A stretch of DNA of 41,983 nt, taken from the NCBI GenBank assembly GCA_964444635.1, contig CAYUIA010000001.1:1-41983 (forward strand). Reading direction: 5' to 3'. Shown in pieces: positions 33,391 to 41,624 of the stretch. The translations under genes were made by a program, and so were the position numbers. The DNA comes from an uncultured Gammaproteobacteria bacterium. GTDB taxonomy: Bacteria; Patescibacteriota; Patescibacteriia; Magasanikbacterales; GWA2-37-8. Numbering within the stretch: position 1 is the stretch's first letter; each line of letters starts with the position of its first letter. The notes under the pieces are model-generated. The model ran no database searches. It had not been told where the DNA came from and saw nothing but the letters and a program-made list of their open reading frames with translations.

Positions 33391-35949
33391 TTAGTTGCTT
33401 TGTTCCATAATCAAACTCCAAAGTTTGTCATTTTTTAGAACGGTTTCGCTGACAAAATGTCCGTTTAAAGCCAGGTTACTGTTTTCTCCGTCGCTATAAA
33501 CAGAATTCCAACCTGCCGGATAGATAACTTGAGATTCAAAAGACGTATTGGAGCCGGATTGTTTTTGAACCAAAATTTGGTACTGAGAAATTGTTTTTTG
33601 CGGAATAATCAAAGAAGTAAAAGTCCTATTTTTTTCAGAAAGAGAATCGGGATTAAATAATCGGAAAGGTAAACGATAAATAAATTGCACCGAATTTGTT
33701 GTTCCCGGTTCGGTTATAAGCCAGTTGCCAAAAACCGTTTTTCCAAATTCACGAGTTATGCGAGTGCCGGAATTTTCGTCATATCCGAGTTCTATCTCTA
33801 TATTTTGCAGATCAAGATCTTTGGTCGCGTTTTTTGCCGGTGCGCGAAAATATTTTTCATCCGGCCAAGTAAAACCTTCGGCTGAAATAATTTGCGAACC
33901 CTCGGGAACATAAAGACGGATATAGTCTATATTGGTTTGACCGTAAAATTTTTGCCCGCTTTGTCCGATGTGATTTTTGGTGATAGTTACCACGTTTATA
34001 ATAGAGCCGTCTTTTTCTATCAAAGACTGGTGATGGACTTTTTGTTTTATGGAAGCGTCGCTTTTTTGTCCTTGAATATTGGTATTTACAACCATTAAAT
34101 AATCACGATCATCCGGGGTTTTGATTATTCTTCCGCCCCAGTTGAAAGATTCTATGGTTTGTTGCAGAGAAGGAGCTGTAAAATAAGCTTGAATTTCTTT
34201 TTGTGACAAAGATTCATTGAGATTGAAAAGTAGAGCTAAAGTATTTTCCGGTTTGAGAGAAAACAACGAACTTAAAATTTGCGGACCAATGTCTGATAAT
34301 ATTTGTTTGGGTTTGTTGATTTTCTTCTCCTCACCTTCTTCTACTACTTCTTGCAAAGATGTCAAAATATTTTTTTCATCTAAAACCAAATTTCTTTGTT
34401 CATCGGAAATCGGCCCGACCAAAGTTATCAATCTTTTAAGTACCGAGGAATTTACGGCAATAACCCCGTCTAGAGTTACACTGCGACTATGACGATAAAA
34501 CCAGAGCATCTTTTCAGCTGAAGTTTTGAAATCCGGAAACCAATTGGCGTCTTGGAATTCCCAGCGCTTATTGGAAAGTAGTAGTGGAGCGGGCGGTTCC
34601 ACCAAAACCGAAAGTTGTCCTTGTAAATCATAAGATCCGCCCGGCGGGATATCCAGACTGATTATTTCGCCGTTTTTAACTTCCAAAACCGCAAAACTGC
34701 CTATAAAACCACCGGTCGGTCTCAGTTCGGCTTCATTTTGGAAAACTAACAGATAACGCCTTGAGCCGTATCCGCCAAAAATTTCATTAATATTTCTACT
34801 GAGATCGGATATACTTTTAAGGTCTTGTAATAGGTCTGAAAAAATTATTTTAAAATCCTTAAATGGCGCTTGGTATTCTACCGGCAATACGGTAAAATCA
34901 ACTTTTTCTAAATCCGTAAAAGCATTCTCGTAATTTGGGATAGCAAAATTAAGATGTTCAGCCAAAGTATTTAATCTTTTTAAAGGAGAAAGCTCATTGT
35001 CCGATGACTCAACGATGCCTTTAATAAGGTAAGTGTTGCCCAAAGCTAATTTTTGTCCGGCCAAAATTATGTTTTGTCGGCTTTGGACCTCTGTTTTAAC
35101 CAGGGGAACATTTTTGGCAATAGTTTGTAAAATACGATGGCTTTGGATTTCGTTTACCGCCTCGTTGAATTTTTGCAAAGCTTCTGTAATGGAATATTGG
35201 GCGTTTTGTAAATCTGCGGAAACAATAGCCGAAGCAGAATCTTGTAAAGCCATAAAACCCTCGGTACTGTTGGCGGTTATTTTTTCCGTGCTTGTTTTGA
35301 TATTTTTGTAAAAAGTTTTGGTTTGTAAAGGTATGGATACGACAATCAAAACAATCATTGCCGCGACAAAAGCTCTTTTCCAATCGGTTTTTTGCAAAAA
35401 AGAGAAAGAAATTAGCGGTTGGCTCGGTTTTCTCACAATTTTTTTCAAAGCCACTTGTTTAGAACTTTGTTTTTTAAAAAAAGTTTTTTGTTGCTTCTTA
35501 TTTTCTTCTTTTATGGCGGCGATAATTTTTTCAAAATCCAGACCATCTTCTTCTTTCTTAATCTCCGGCTTTATTATTTGTGTTTTTATTTCTTCTTTTT
35601 CCGGTAAAATAAAAGTTTTCTCCGGGGTATAAGAATTTTTATTTGTTTGAGCTTTGATTTCTTGATAAAATTTTTCCCATTCATTGTTGGTATTATCTGG
35701 AGAAACGGTTTCGGTTTTTTGCCAGTGACTGCTTTGTTTTTGGAGATTGAGTAAATGGACGGAAACAGTGTCGGAATTTTTTTGTTCCGGCGCATGATAA
35801 AAAATACGAACTTTTTTATCATTTTTTTGAAGAGGTTGAGCCAAGGTGTTTTTTTGCAAAATTAAAAATTCCGGACAAGTGGCTTTGTTGTGCCCGGGTT
35901 TGTTGCAAAATTGGCAACGGCGTAATTGAATTCGTTTTTTATCTTTCAT
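33391..35949 (-). CDS. DUF4012-domain envelope protein with an N-terminal CCHC zinc knuckle
   Basis: 852 aa. CQFCNKPGHNKATC (C-x2-C-x4-H-x4-C) at residues 12-25. One TM segment (AFVAAMIVLIVVSIPL). DUF4012 hallmark RYLLVFQNEAELRPTGGFIGSFAVLEV. Confidence 0.75.
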   Translation of the reverse strand: MKDKKRIQLRRCQFCNKPGHNKATCPEFLILQKNTLAQPLQKNDKKVRIFYHAPEQKNSDTVSVHLLNLQKQSSHWQKTETVSPDNTNNEWEKFYQEIKAQTNKNSYTPEKTFILPEKEEIKTQIIKPEIKKEEDGLDFEKIIAAIKEENKKQQKTFFKKQSSKQVALKKIVRKPSQPLISFSFLQKTDWKRAFVAAMIVLIVVSIPLQTKTFYKNIKTSTEKITANSTEGFMALQDSASAIVSADLQNAQYSITEALQKFNEAVNEIQSHRILQTIAKNVPLVKTEVQSRQNIILAGQKLALGNTYLIKGIVESSDNELSPLKRLNTLAEHLNFAIPNYENAFTDLEKVDFTVLPVEYQAPFKDFKIIFSDLLQDLKSISDLSRNINEIFGGYGSRRYLLVFQNEAELRPTGGFIGSFAVLEVKNGEIISLDIPPGGSYDLQGQLSVLVEPPAPLLLSNKRWEFQDANWFPDFKTSAEKMLWFYRHSRSVTLDGVIAVNSSVLKRLITLVGPISDEQRNLVLDEKNILTSLQEVVEEGEEKKINKPKQILSDIGPQILSSLFSLKPENTLALLFNLNESLSQKEIQAYFTAPSLQQTIESFNWGGRIIKTPDDRDYLMVVNTNIQGQKSDASIKQKVHHQSLIEKDGSIINVVTITKNHIGQSGQKFYGQTNIDYIRLYVPEGSQIISAEGFTWPDEKYFRAPAKNATKDLDLQNIEIELGYDENSGTRITREFGKTVFGNWLITEPGTTNSVQFIYRLPFRLFNPDSLSEKNRTFTSLIIPQKTISQYQILVQKQSGSNTSFESQVIYPAGWNSVYSDGENSNLALNGHFVSETVLKNDKLWSLIMEQSN

Positions 35950-36024
35950 GACCGCAGTTTTTTGAAATCCGAAAAAAATTCACAAAATTTGGGATTTGTG
36001 ATTTTGAATTTATTATTTTATTTA

Positions 36025-37161
36025 TTATACCATTTTTTGATAAACCGATAAAGTGGTTTCAGCGGTATTTTTTTGGCTATATTTAGACAAAATATACGGC
36101 ATGTTGTTGATAAGTTTTTGGCGTATGTTTGTATCGGTCAAAATTAGGCTTATTTTTGAACAAATATCTTGTTCAGTTAGAGGATCAAAATACAAAGCTG
36201 CTTCACCTAAAATTTCCGGCAAACAAGCGGAGTTGGTAGAAATTGTTGGTACACCATATTGCATAGCTTCAAGCGGAGGCAAACCAAATCCTTCGTATAA
36301 AGAAGGAAAAACATAAGCGGTTGCATTTTTATAAAACATTGCCAATTCTGCATCAGGCACAAAATCCGTAAAAACAATATTTTGACAATTTTTAAAAATT
36401 TCGGAATTTATCAAGCGATCGTAAAAATAATTTTTTTTGCCAACTAGAACAAGTTGAAAATTTTTATTTTTTTCTTCAAATTTTTTCCAAGATTTCACGA
36501 GCTGTTCCAGGTTTTTATGTGGATAAGCCACCCCTACATAAAGCAGATAAGGCTTTAAAATATGATGCTTTATTAAAAGATTTTCGTTTCCATACTTAAT
36601 ACTTGATACTGGATACTTTATACCCAAATCGGTCGGAGCCAGATGGGTTACGGTGATTTTTTCTTCCGGCATGTGTAGGGTTTTAGTTATATCCTGTTTG
36701 GTAAAGTTACTTGGGGTTATAATTTGCACGGCCTTTTTAACCGCATGGTGTAGGATAAATCTATAAGCGAGATTTTTGAAAAAATATTTGAGCGGTCCCA
36801 AGGTGCTGGATTGGCGACTTGGATAATGAAGTAAAATCAGGTCATGAATAGTTACAATAAATTTTCCGCGATAAAAAAACGGGATATTCCAGTGGGGAAA
36901 ATGGACAAAATCACAATTTTCTTTTTTTAAAATTCTAGGCAGTAAAATTTGCTCTTGCCAGCCATACCATGGAATATCGGCTAAAATCTTTTTAAAACGA
37001 GGATTTTTTGGTTGATATTCTTCAAAATTTTCTTGACGCAAAAAAATCACGTAATCATTGTTTTGGTCGTTTTTTTCTAAACCTGTTATGAGTTGTTGTA
37101 AATAGCGCCCCAGACCACCCTGTTTTGGGCCGTATAGGCGCGCATCTATCCCTATTTTCAT
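36025..37161 (-). CDS. Glycosyltransferase family 4 (GT-B, Glycos_transf_1)
   Basis: FPSLYEGFGLPPLEAMQYGVPTISTNSACLPEILG (E-x7-E region). Contains the in-frame 35-nt heptad element. Confidence 0.88.
   Translation of the reverse strand: MKIGIDARLYGPKQGGLGRYLQQLITGLEKNDQNNDYVIFLRQENFEEYQPKNPRFKKILADIPWYGWQEQILLPRILKKENCDFVHFPHWNIPFFYRGKFIVTIHDLILLHYPSRQSSTLGPLKYFFKNLAYRFILHHAVKKAVQIITPSNFTKQDITKTLHMPEEKITVTHLAPTDLGIKYPVSSIKYGNENLLIKHHILKPYLLYVGVAYPHKNLEQLVKSWKKFEEKNKNFQLVLVGKKNYFYDRLINSEIFKNCQNIVFTDFVPDAELAMFYKNATAYVFPSLYEGFGLPPLEAMQYGVPTISTNSACLPEILGEAALYFDPLTEQDICSKISLILTDTNIRQKLINNMPYILSKYSQKNTAETTLSVYQKMV
36590..36624 (-). repeat. 35-nt, five-heptad (GTATNNN) element in frame inside the GT4 CDS
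   Basis: The reverse complement ggtataaagtatccagtatcaagtattaagtatgg encodes GIKYPVSSIKYG. Together with the next 4 nt it matches gtattaagtatggaaac of the intergenic blocks at 14740-14756 and 16955-16971. Confidence 0.8.
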
Positions 37162-37230
37162 ATTATTTTAAGTATAATGCAAATCTTTAGTTAAGCCAAG
37201 TTTCTCCCCAAATTGATTGATTGGGTAAAT

Positions 37231-37259
37231 TTGACAAACAAAAAAAAGAGGGATAAAAT
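37231..37259 (+). promoter_or_regulatory. Promoter of the 76-aa zinc-ribbon gene
   Basis: TTGACA, 17 nt, TAAAAT. It lies inside the longer ORF-track call that starts at 37213. Confidence 0.6.
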
Positions 37260-37311
37260 AGTTTCTTCTTGTTCTTTCGACAAATCATCCAACCTGTTTT
37301 TGGAGGCGCCA

Positions 37312-37542
37312 ATGACCAAACCTCTTTTGAAGAAAAAGGAAAATGAAGAAATTGATCGTATTTGCGGTCAATGCAGCGGTAAAGAAAAAAACCTAGTTCC
37401 CCATGTGGCTTATTATGCTATGTGTGTGGGGACATTATGGAGGAAAATGAACTGCAAAACATGCGGAAGCATTTCTCAAGAGCCAGTCAGTAGTAAAGAG
37501 GAAGATAAGGTGATGAAAGATTTTGTCATAAAAGAAATGTAG
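37312..37542 (+). CDS. Orphan 76-aa zinc-ribbon protein (start moved to the ATG preceded by an SD)
   Basis: GGAGG 5 nt before the ATG at 37312 (MTKPLL...). CGQC...CKTCG cysteine pairs. Has its own terminator. Confidence 0.7.
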   Translation: MTKPLLKKKENEEIDRICGQCSGKEKNLVPHVAYYAMCVGTLWRKMNCKTCGSISQEPVSSKEEDKVMKDFVIKEM

Positions 37543-37566
37543 TCTCGAAGACTACAAAACATAACC

Positions 37567-37598
37567 AAGACCCTTTTTAAGGGTCTTCTTTTATTTTA
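37567..37598. terminator. Bidirectional terminator between the zinc-ribbon gene and the convergent GT4
   Basis: aagaccct-tttt-aagggtctt followed by cttttatttt. Confidence 0.7.
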
Positions 37599-38706
37599 AA
37601 ATATTCAAAAATTCTTTTGCTGACGAGTTCCAAGAAAATTTTTCAGCCTGGATTTTGGCTTTTGATACTAAATTATTTTTTATATTTTGGTCATTAAGTA
37701 TTTTAATCAAGCCTTCAGATATTTGTTTCGTTTTGTTAGGATCTACTAGATAAGCGTTTTTTGAAGTTATTTCCACCAGAGAGGATGCATTACTTGTTAT
37801 GACCGGGACACGACAATGCATGGCTTCTAGAACAGGAAAGCCAAAGCCTTCATAAAAAGAAGGGTAAATAAAAGCGGCGGCGCGATTATAAAGCTCCGGC
37901 TTATCTTCATTTTTTACATAACCGACAAAGGTTATTTTTTGCGTTAACGGTGATTTTTCTATTTTTTCAAAAATATCTTTATTTTTCCATCCGGGCGCGC
38001 CGGCTATTACTAAACTGTAGGGTAGGGGCAAAGATGTAAAAGCTTGTTCAAAAGCCAAAATAGTTCCTAAAATATTTTTTCTAGGCTCAAGTGCTCCCAA
38101 AAAAAGAATGTAATTATCCGGTAGTTGCAGATTCTTATTTTGTTTTTGGGGCTCGTTAAATACGGAGGATAAGCCGGGATAAATAATTTTGATTTTATTT
38201 TCCGATAATTTATAAAAATTTATCAAATCGCGTTTAGTATTGACACTGGGGGTTAAAATGATATCCGCGTAACAGCATTGTTTTTTAGGGTTGATAAGGT
38301 GATGCCAAAGTTTTTGTTTAAAAGAAAAATACTCTGGAAAAAGTTCAAAAGATAAATCATGCACAGTCAGAATATGTTTGGTTTTTTTACTTAGAGCGGT
38401 AAAATTTAGATTTGGCGAGAAAAAATAATCCAATTTTTGCGGAGCAAAAGTGTCTATTTTTGGCCATTTTAGAAATTTTTGACAAAAGTTGAAGAGTTTA
38501 TTCGGCCAATTTTTTTTTATAAAATGGACATTTTCATATTTCCAAGTTGGCAAATATTTTTCAAGATCTTTATAAGAATTATAAAACAAAAAATATTGAT
38601 TTTGGCGATCAATTTGAAAAATTGCATTAAGAAGCTCATAAGTGTATTCGCCAACCCCGGTGCGAATAGGAGATAGGAGGGGGCGGATGTCAATGCCAAT
38701 GTTCAT
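37591..38706 (-). CDS. Glycosyltransferase family 4
   Basis: YPSFYEGFGFPVLEAMHCRVPVITSNASSLVEI. 371 aa. Confidence 0.88.
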   Translation of the reverse strand: MNIGIDIRPLLSPIRTGVGEYTYELLNAIFQIDRQNQYFLFYNSYKDLEKYLPTWKYENVHFIKKNWPNKLFNFCQKFLKWPKIDTFAPQKLDYFFSPNLNFTALSKKTKHILTVHDLSFELFPEYFSFKQKLWHHLINPKKQCCYADIILTPSVNTKRDLINFYKLSENKIKIIYPGLSSVFNEPQKQNKNLQLPDNYILFLGALEPRKNILGTILAFEQAFTSLPLPYSLVIAGAPGWKNKDIFEKIEKSPLTQKITFVGYVKNEDKPELYNRAAAFIYPSFYEGFGFPVLEAMHCRVPVITSNASSLVEITSKNAYLVDPNKTKQISEGLIKILNDQNIKNNLVSKAKIQAEKFSWNSSAKEFLNILK

Positions 38707-38713
38707 AAATTGA

Positions 38714-38754
38714 GGTATTAAGTATCAGGTATTATGTATTAAGTATGTAAACTG
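38714..38754 (+). repeat. Intergenic full-length copy of the 35-nt GTATNNN heptad element
   Basis: ggtattaagtatcaggtattatgtattaagtatgt followed by aaactg. 29/35 identical to the GT4 coding copy, with the same 35-nt length. Confidence 0.8.
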
Positions 38755-38767
38755 ATGCTGAATAACC

Positions 38768-38828
38768 TTTATTGTTTATTGATTATTGTTTATTGTGTGG
38801 AGTATTTTTAATAAACAATAAATAATAA
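38768..38828. repeat. Heptad-word palindrome (ttattgt / acaataa)
   Basis: tttattgtttattgattattgtttattg ... aataaacaataaataataa. A 13-bp perfect stem is possible (tttattgtttatt / aataaacaataaa). Confidence 0.65.
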
Positions 38829-38867
38829 TTTAATAATAAAACCCAGTATTTAATATTTTTCAGAGCG

Positions 38868-39986
38868 TTAAAATAATTTATTTTGAACGAGGCCGGCTTT
38901 AAACTCCTCATACTTATTCTCCACAAACTTTTTCATCTTTTCTTTAAAAATTTCTTCACTAAATTTTTCCGCATGTGTGCGAATTTTGGCACTATCCCAA
39001 TTTGTCGGATGAAAATTCAAAACAGCGTCAAACAGACTTTCCCAGGTTTGTTTTTTGAAAAAAATACCGGTTTCGCCATCAATAACCGTTTCCTGAGCTC
39101 CGCCCGCGCTATATGCTATTACCGGTCTGCCGGCAGCCATACTTTCTATCGCGGTAATACCGAAGTCCTCTAATTGCGGATTGATAAAAGCTAGTGCTTT
39201 ATTCATCAAATCTATTTTTTGTTCCTCGGTGATGCGCCCTAAAAATTGTATATTTGGTTTGGCGATTTTTTTCAAATATTTCAATTCCGGTCCGTCGCCA
39301 AATATTTTTAAAGGTAATCCCAGGCGATTAAAAACTTTGATAACCAAATCAATTTTTTTATAAGGCACCAATCTGCCTCCGCAAAGATAATAATCACCAA
39401 GAGTTGGAGAAATTTTGAATTTTTCCGTTTCTACCGGCGGGTTAATGATAATTGCCTCACGACGATAAAATTTTTGAATGCGTTTGGCGACAGTAAAAGA
39501 ATTGGCGATAAATTCATCTACACGGTCGGCGCTCATCTTATCCCAAAGACGCAAACGATGAATAAAATTGGGAGAAAAAAGTTTTATAAAAAAATTATAA
39601 CGAAAATCATCCAGATATTTATGAGTATCTGACCAAAGAAAACGCGGGGGAGTGTGGCAATAAGAAATATGCAGAGTGGACGGCGGTGTTATCACGCCTT
39701 TGGCAAAAAGAGAAGTGCTGGAAATGACGATATCAAAGTTTTTTAGATCGTGTTTTTCCGTGGCTATTGGCATGAAAGGCAGATACCATTGATAGCGAGA
39801 ATGAATAAAAGGAAAATTTTTCAAAAAACTTTCTTTAACTTGCTCTTTTTTGAATTGGTCCAGTTTTTTTTCATCATGAAATAAAACAAAAATTGGCGCC
39901 TCCGGCCAAATTTGGTGGAGGGACCATAAAACTTTTTCCGCCCCTCCATCTTGCGCTAAATAATCATGGACTAATGCGATGTTCAT
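38868..39986 (-). CDS. Glycosyltransferase family 4
   Basis: NPQLEDFGITAIESMAAGRPVIAYSAGGAQETV. 372 aa. Confidence 0.85.
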   Translation of the reverse strand: MNIALVHDYLAQDGGAEKVLWSLHQIWPEAPIFVLFHDEKKLDQFKKEQVKESFLKNFPFIHSRYQWYLPFMPIATEKHDLKNFDIVISSTSLFAKGVITPPSTLHISYCHTPPRFLWSDTHKYLDDFRYNFFIKLFSPNFIHRLRLWDKMSADRVDEFIANSFTVAKRIQKFYRREAIIINPPVETEKFKISPTLGDYYLCGGRLVPYKKIDLVIKVFNRLGLPLKIFGDGPELKYLKKIAKPNIQFLGRITEEQKIDLMNKALAFINPQLEDFGITAIESMAAGRPVIAYSAGGAQETVIDGETGIFFKKQTWESLFDAVLNFHPTNWDSAKIRTHAEKFSEEIFKEKMKKFVENKYEEFKAGLVQNKLF

Positions 39987-39995
39987 AAAATATTA

Positions 39996-40116
39996 TAATC
40001 CGAATACTACAAATTATTATCCGAATTCCCCAAATTACCGCGACATCCGAATTATTGTTATTCGGGTGAATCACTTTTTATTCGGAGCATTCGGATAAAT
40101 TCGTAGATTCGGATTA
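39996..40116. repeat. Word palindrome: three copies of atccgaat followed by four or five copies of attcgg(a)
   Basis: atccgaat at 39998, 40019 and 40045. Inverse attcgg at 40060, 40080, 40089 and 40107, plus attcgt at 40099. Confidence 0.65.
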
Positions 40117-40127
40117 TATTTTTAATT

Positions 40128-41546
40128 TTATTTTGCTCCTTTACGACTTAACACCACAAAAGGAGTTTTTATTAAGATAATCAAATCAAGCAACAATCTC
40201 CAGTTTTCAATATAAAAGGTATCCAGTTTGATTTCGTCTTCAAAACTCAGGTCACTACGTCCGGAAATTTGTGCCAGACCGGTAATGCCTGGTTTGATAG
40301 CCAAAACTATTTTGTGATGTTTTTTATATTTTTCCACTTCGCGCGGTTGGTGCGGACGAGGTCCGACTAAGCTCATATTGCCGATAAAAACATTAAAAAA
40401 TTGAGGAAATTCATCCAAACTCCAGCGACGGATAAAACGACCAAAAGGGGTAACACGCGGATCGTTATTGATTTTATAAACAGGTCCGGTTTTGGTATTT
40501 AATTCTTTTATTAACTCTTCTTCTTTTTCTAGAGCTTCTTGACCTTGAGAGCCAAATTGCGCGCCGGTGCAATATTTCTGATACATGGAACGGAATTTGT
40601 AAGTAAAAAATAAAATTCCTTTTTGTCCGACTCTTTCGTTTTTATAAATTATCGGTCGCCCGGTTTCTATGAATATTATCAAAGAAACTATCAGATAAAT
40701 CGGGGAGAAAATTATTATCAAAATCAAACTGCCGACAATATCCAAAATTCTTTTGAAAATTCTGCCCCAGACATTTAATCTGGTTCTACGAAGTTCAATA
40801 ATCGGTATGTCATCAATTGTACTAAGTGAAATGTTGGAGGTAATGGTATCAAGCAGATCGGCGGAATATTTGAAAGACAGATGGTTTTCATTGGCAAAAT
40901 CTATGGCCGATAGCGCCTCTTCTTGATTGGCTTTGGGATCGGCAAAAATAATATCATCAGGTTTGAGAGTTTTTATTTTATTAGCAATTCCTTCGTTAAA
41001 AGTTTCAAAATTACCGACCAGTTTATAACCAAGCATCGGTTGATTATTTATATTTTCCATTAAGCGAAGAGCAATATTTTGAGCTCCTATAATCACGGTT
41101 TTGCGTAAACCAAAACCGCGACTGTATAAAAATATTTTTAGACCGCGAATAATGGCGCGAGCAAAAATCACATAAACAACCGCCAAAATCCATCCCATCA
41201 AAACCAGAAAACGAGAATCAAATTTTTGCAAAGTAAAAAATACATAGATTGTGATACCGGCAAATCCGGTGGCGCAGGCAAAGAAGATGCGATTAATGTC
41301 TTTGAGTAAGCGACGATTGGGATCGGCATGATAAAGTCCGGAAAAAGCAAATATGATTATCCAAACTCCGGCAACCAAAAGAACTATCGGCCAATAAGTG
41401 TGCCAAGTCAGGTCAAACATTATCGGGCGGATACTTTTGATAAATTCGGTATAGCGAAGGCTATAAGCGGAAAATCCGGCCAAAACGATCATAAGATAAT
41501 CAATCGGAAGTTGGAGAAAGGTGAAGAAAAGTTCGAAACGCTTCAT
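40128..41546 (-). CDS. Polyprenyl-phosphate sugar phosphotransferase (WbaP/EpsB-type priming glycosyltransferase)
   Basis: Four or five N-terminal TM segments. C-terminal bacterial sugar transferase domain: KRILDIVGS..., PIIYKNERVGQKG..FTYKFRSM, DEFPQFFNVFIGNMSLVGPRP. Confidence 0.9.
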   Translation of the reverse strand: MKRFELFFTFLQLPIDYLMIVLAGFSAYSLRYTEFIKSIRPIMFDLTWHTYWPIVLLVAGVWIIIFAFSGLYHADPNRRLLKDINRIFFACATGFAGITIYVFFTLQKFDSRFLVLMGWILAVVYVIFARAIIRGLKIFLYSRGFGLRKTVIIGAQNIALRLMENINNQPMLGYKLVGNFETFNEGIANKIKTLKPDDIIFADPKANQEEALSAIDFANENHLSFKYSADLLDTITSNISLSTIDDIPIIELRRTRLNVWGRIFKRILDIVGSLILIIIFSPIYLIVSLIIFIETGRPIIYKNERVGQKGILFFTYKFRSMYQKYCTGAQFGSQGQEALEKEEELIKELNTKTGPVYKINNDPRVTPFGRFIRRWSLDEFPQFFNVFIGNMSLVGPRPHQPREVEKYKKHHKIVLAIKPGITGLAQISGRSDLSFEDEIKLDTFYIENWRLLLDLIILIKTPFVVLSRKGAK

Positions 41547-41624
41547 ACAAAATGAAGAAAAATAAATAAATCAAGTTAATGATATTTTATTACAAAAATC
41601 ACTTAAAGTCAAAGTTTGTTATGT

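Noticed and set aside
37213-37311. N-terminal 33-codon extension of the zinc-ribbon ORF (ORF-track start at 37213)
   Set aside because: The TTGACA-17-TAAAAT promoter lies inside this extension, and a GGAGG SD precedes the ATG at 37312. The shorter CDS was therefore called.
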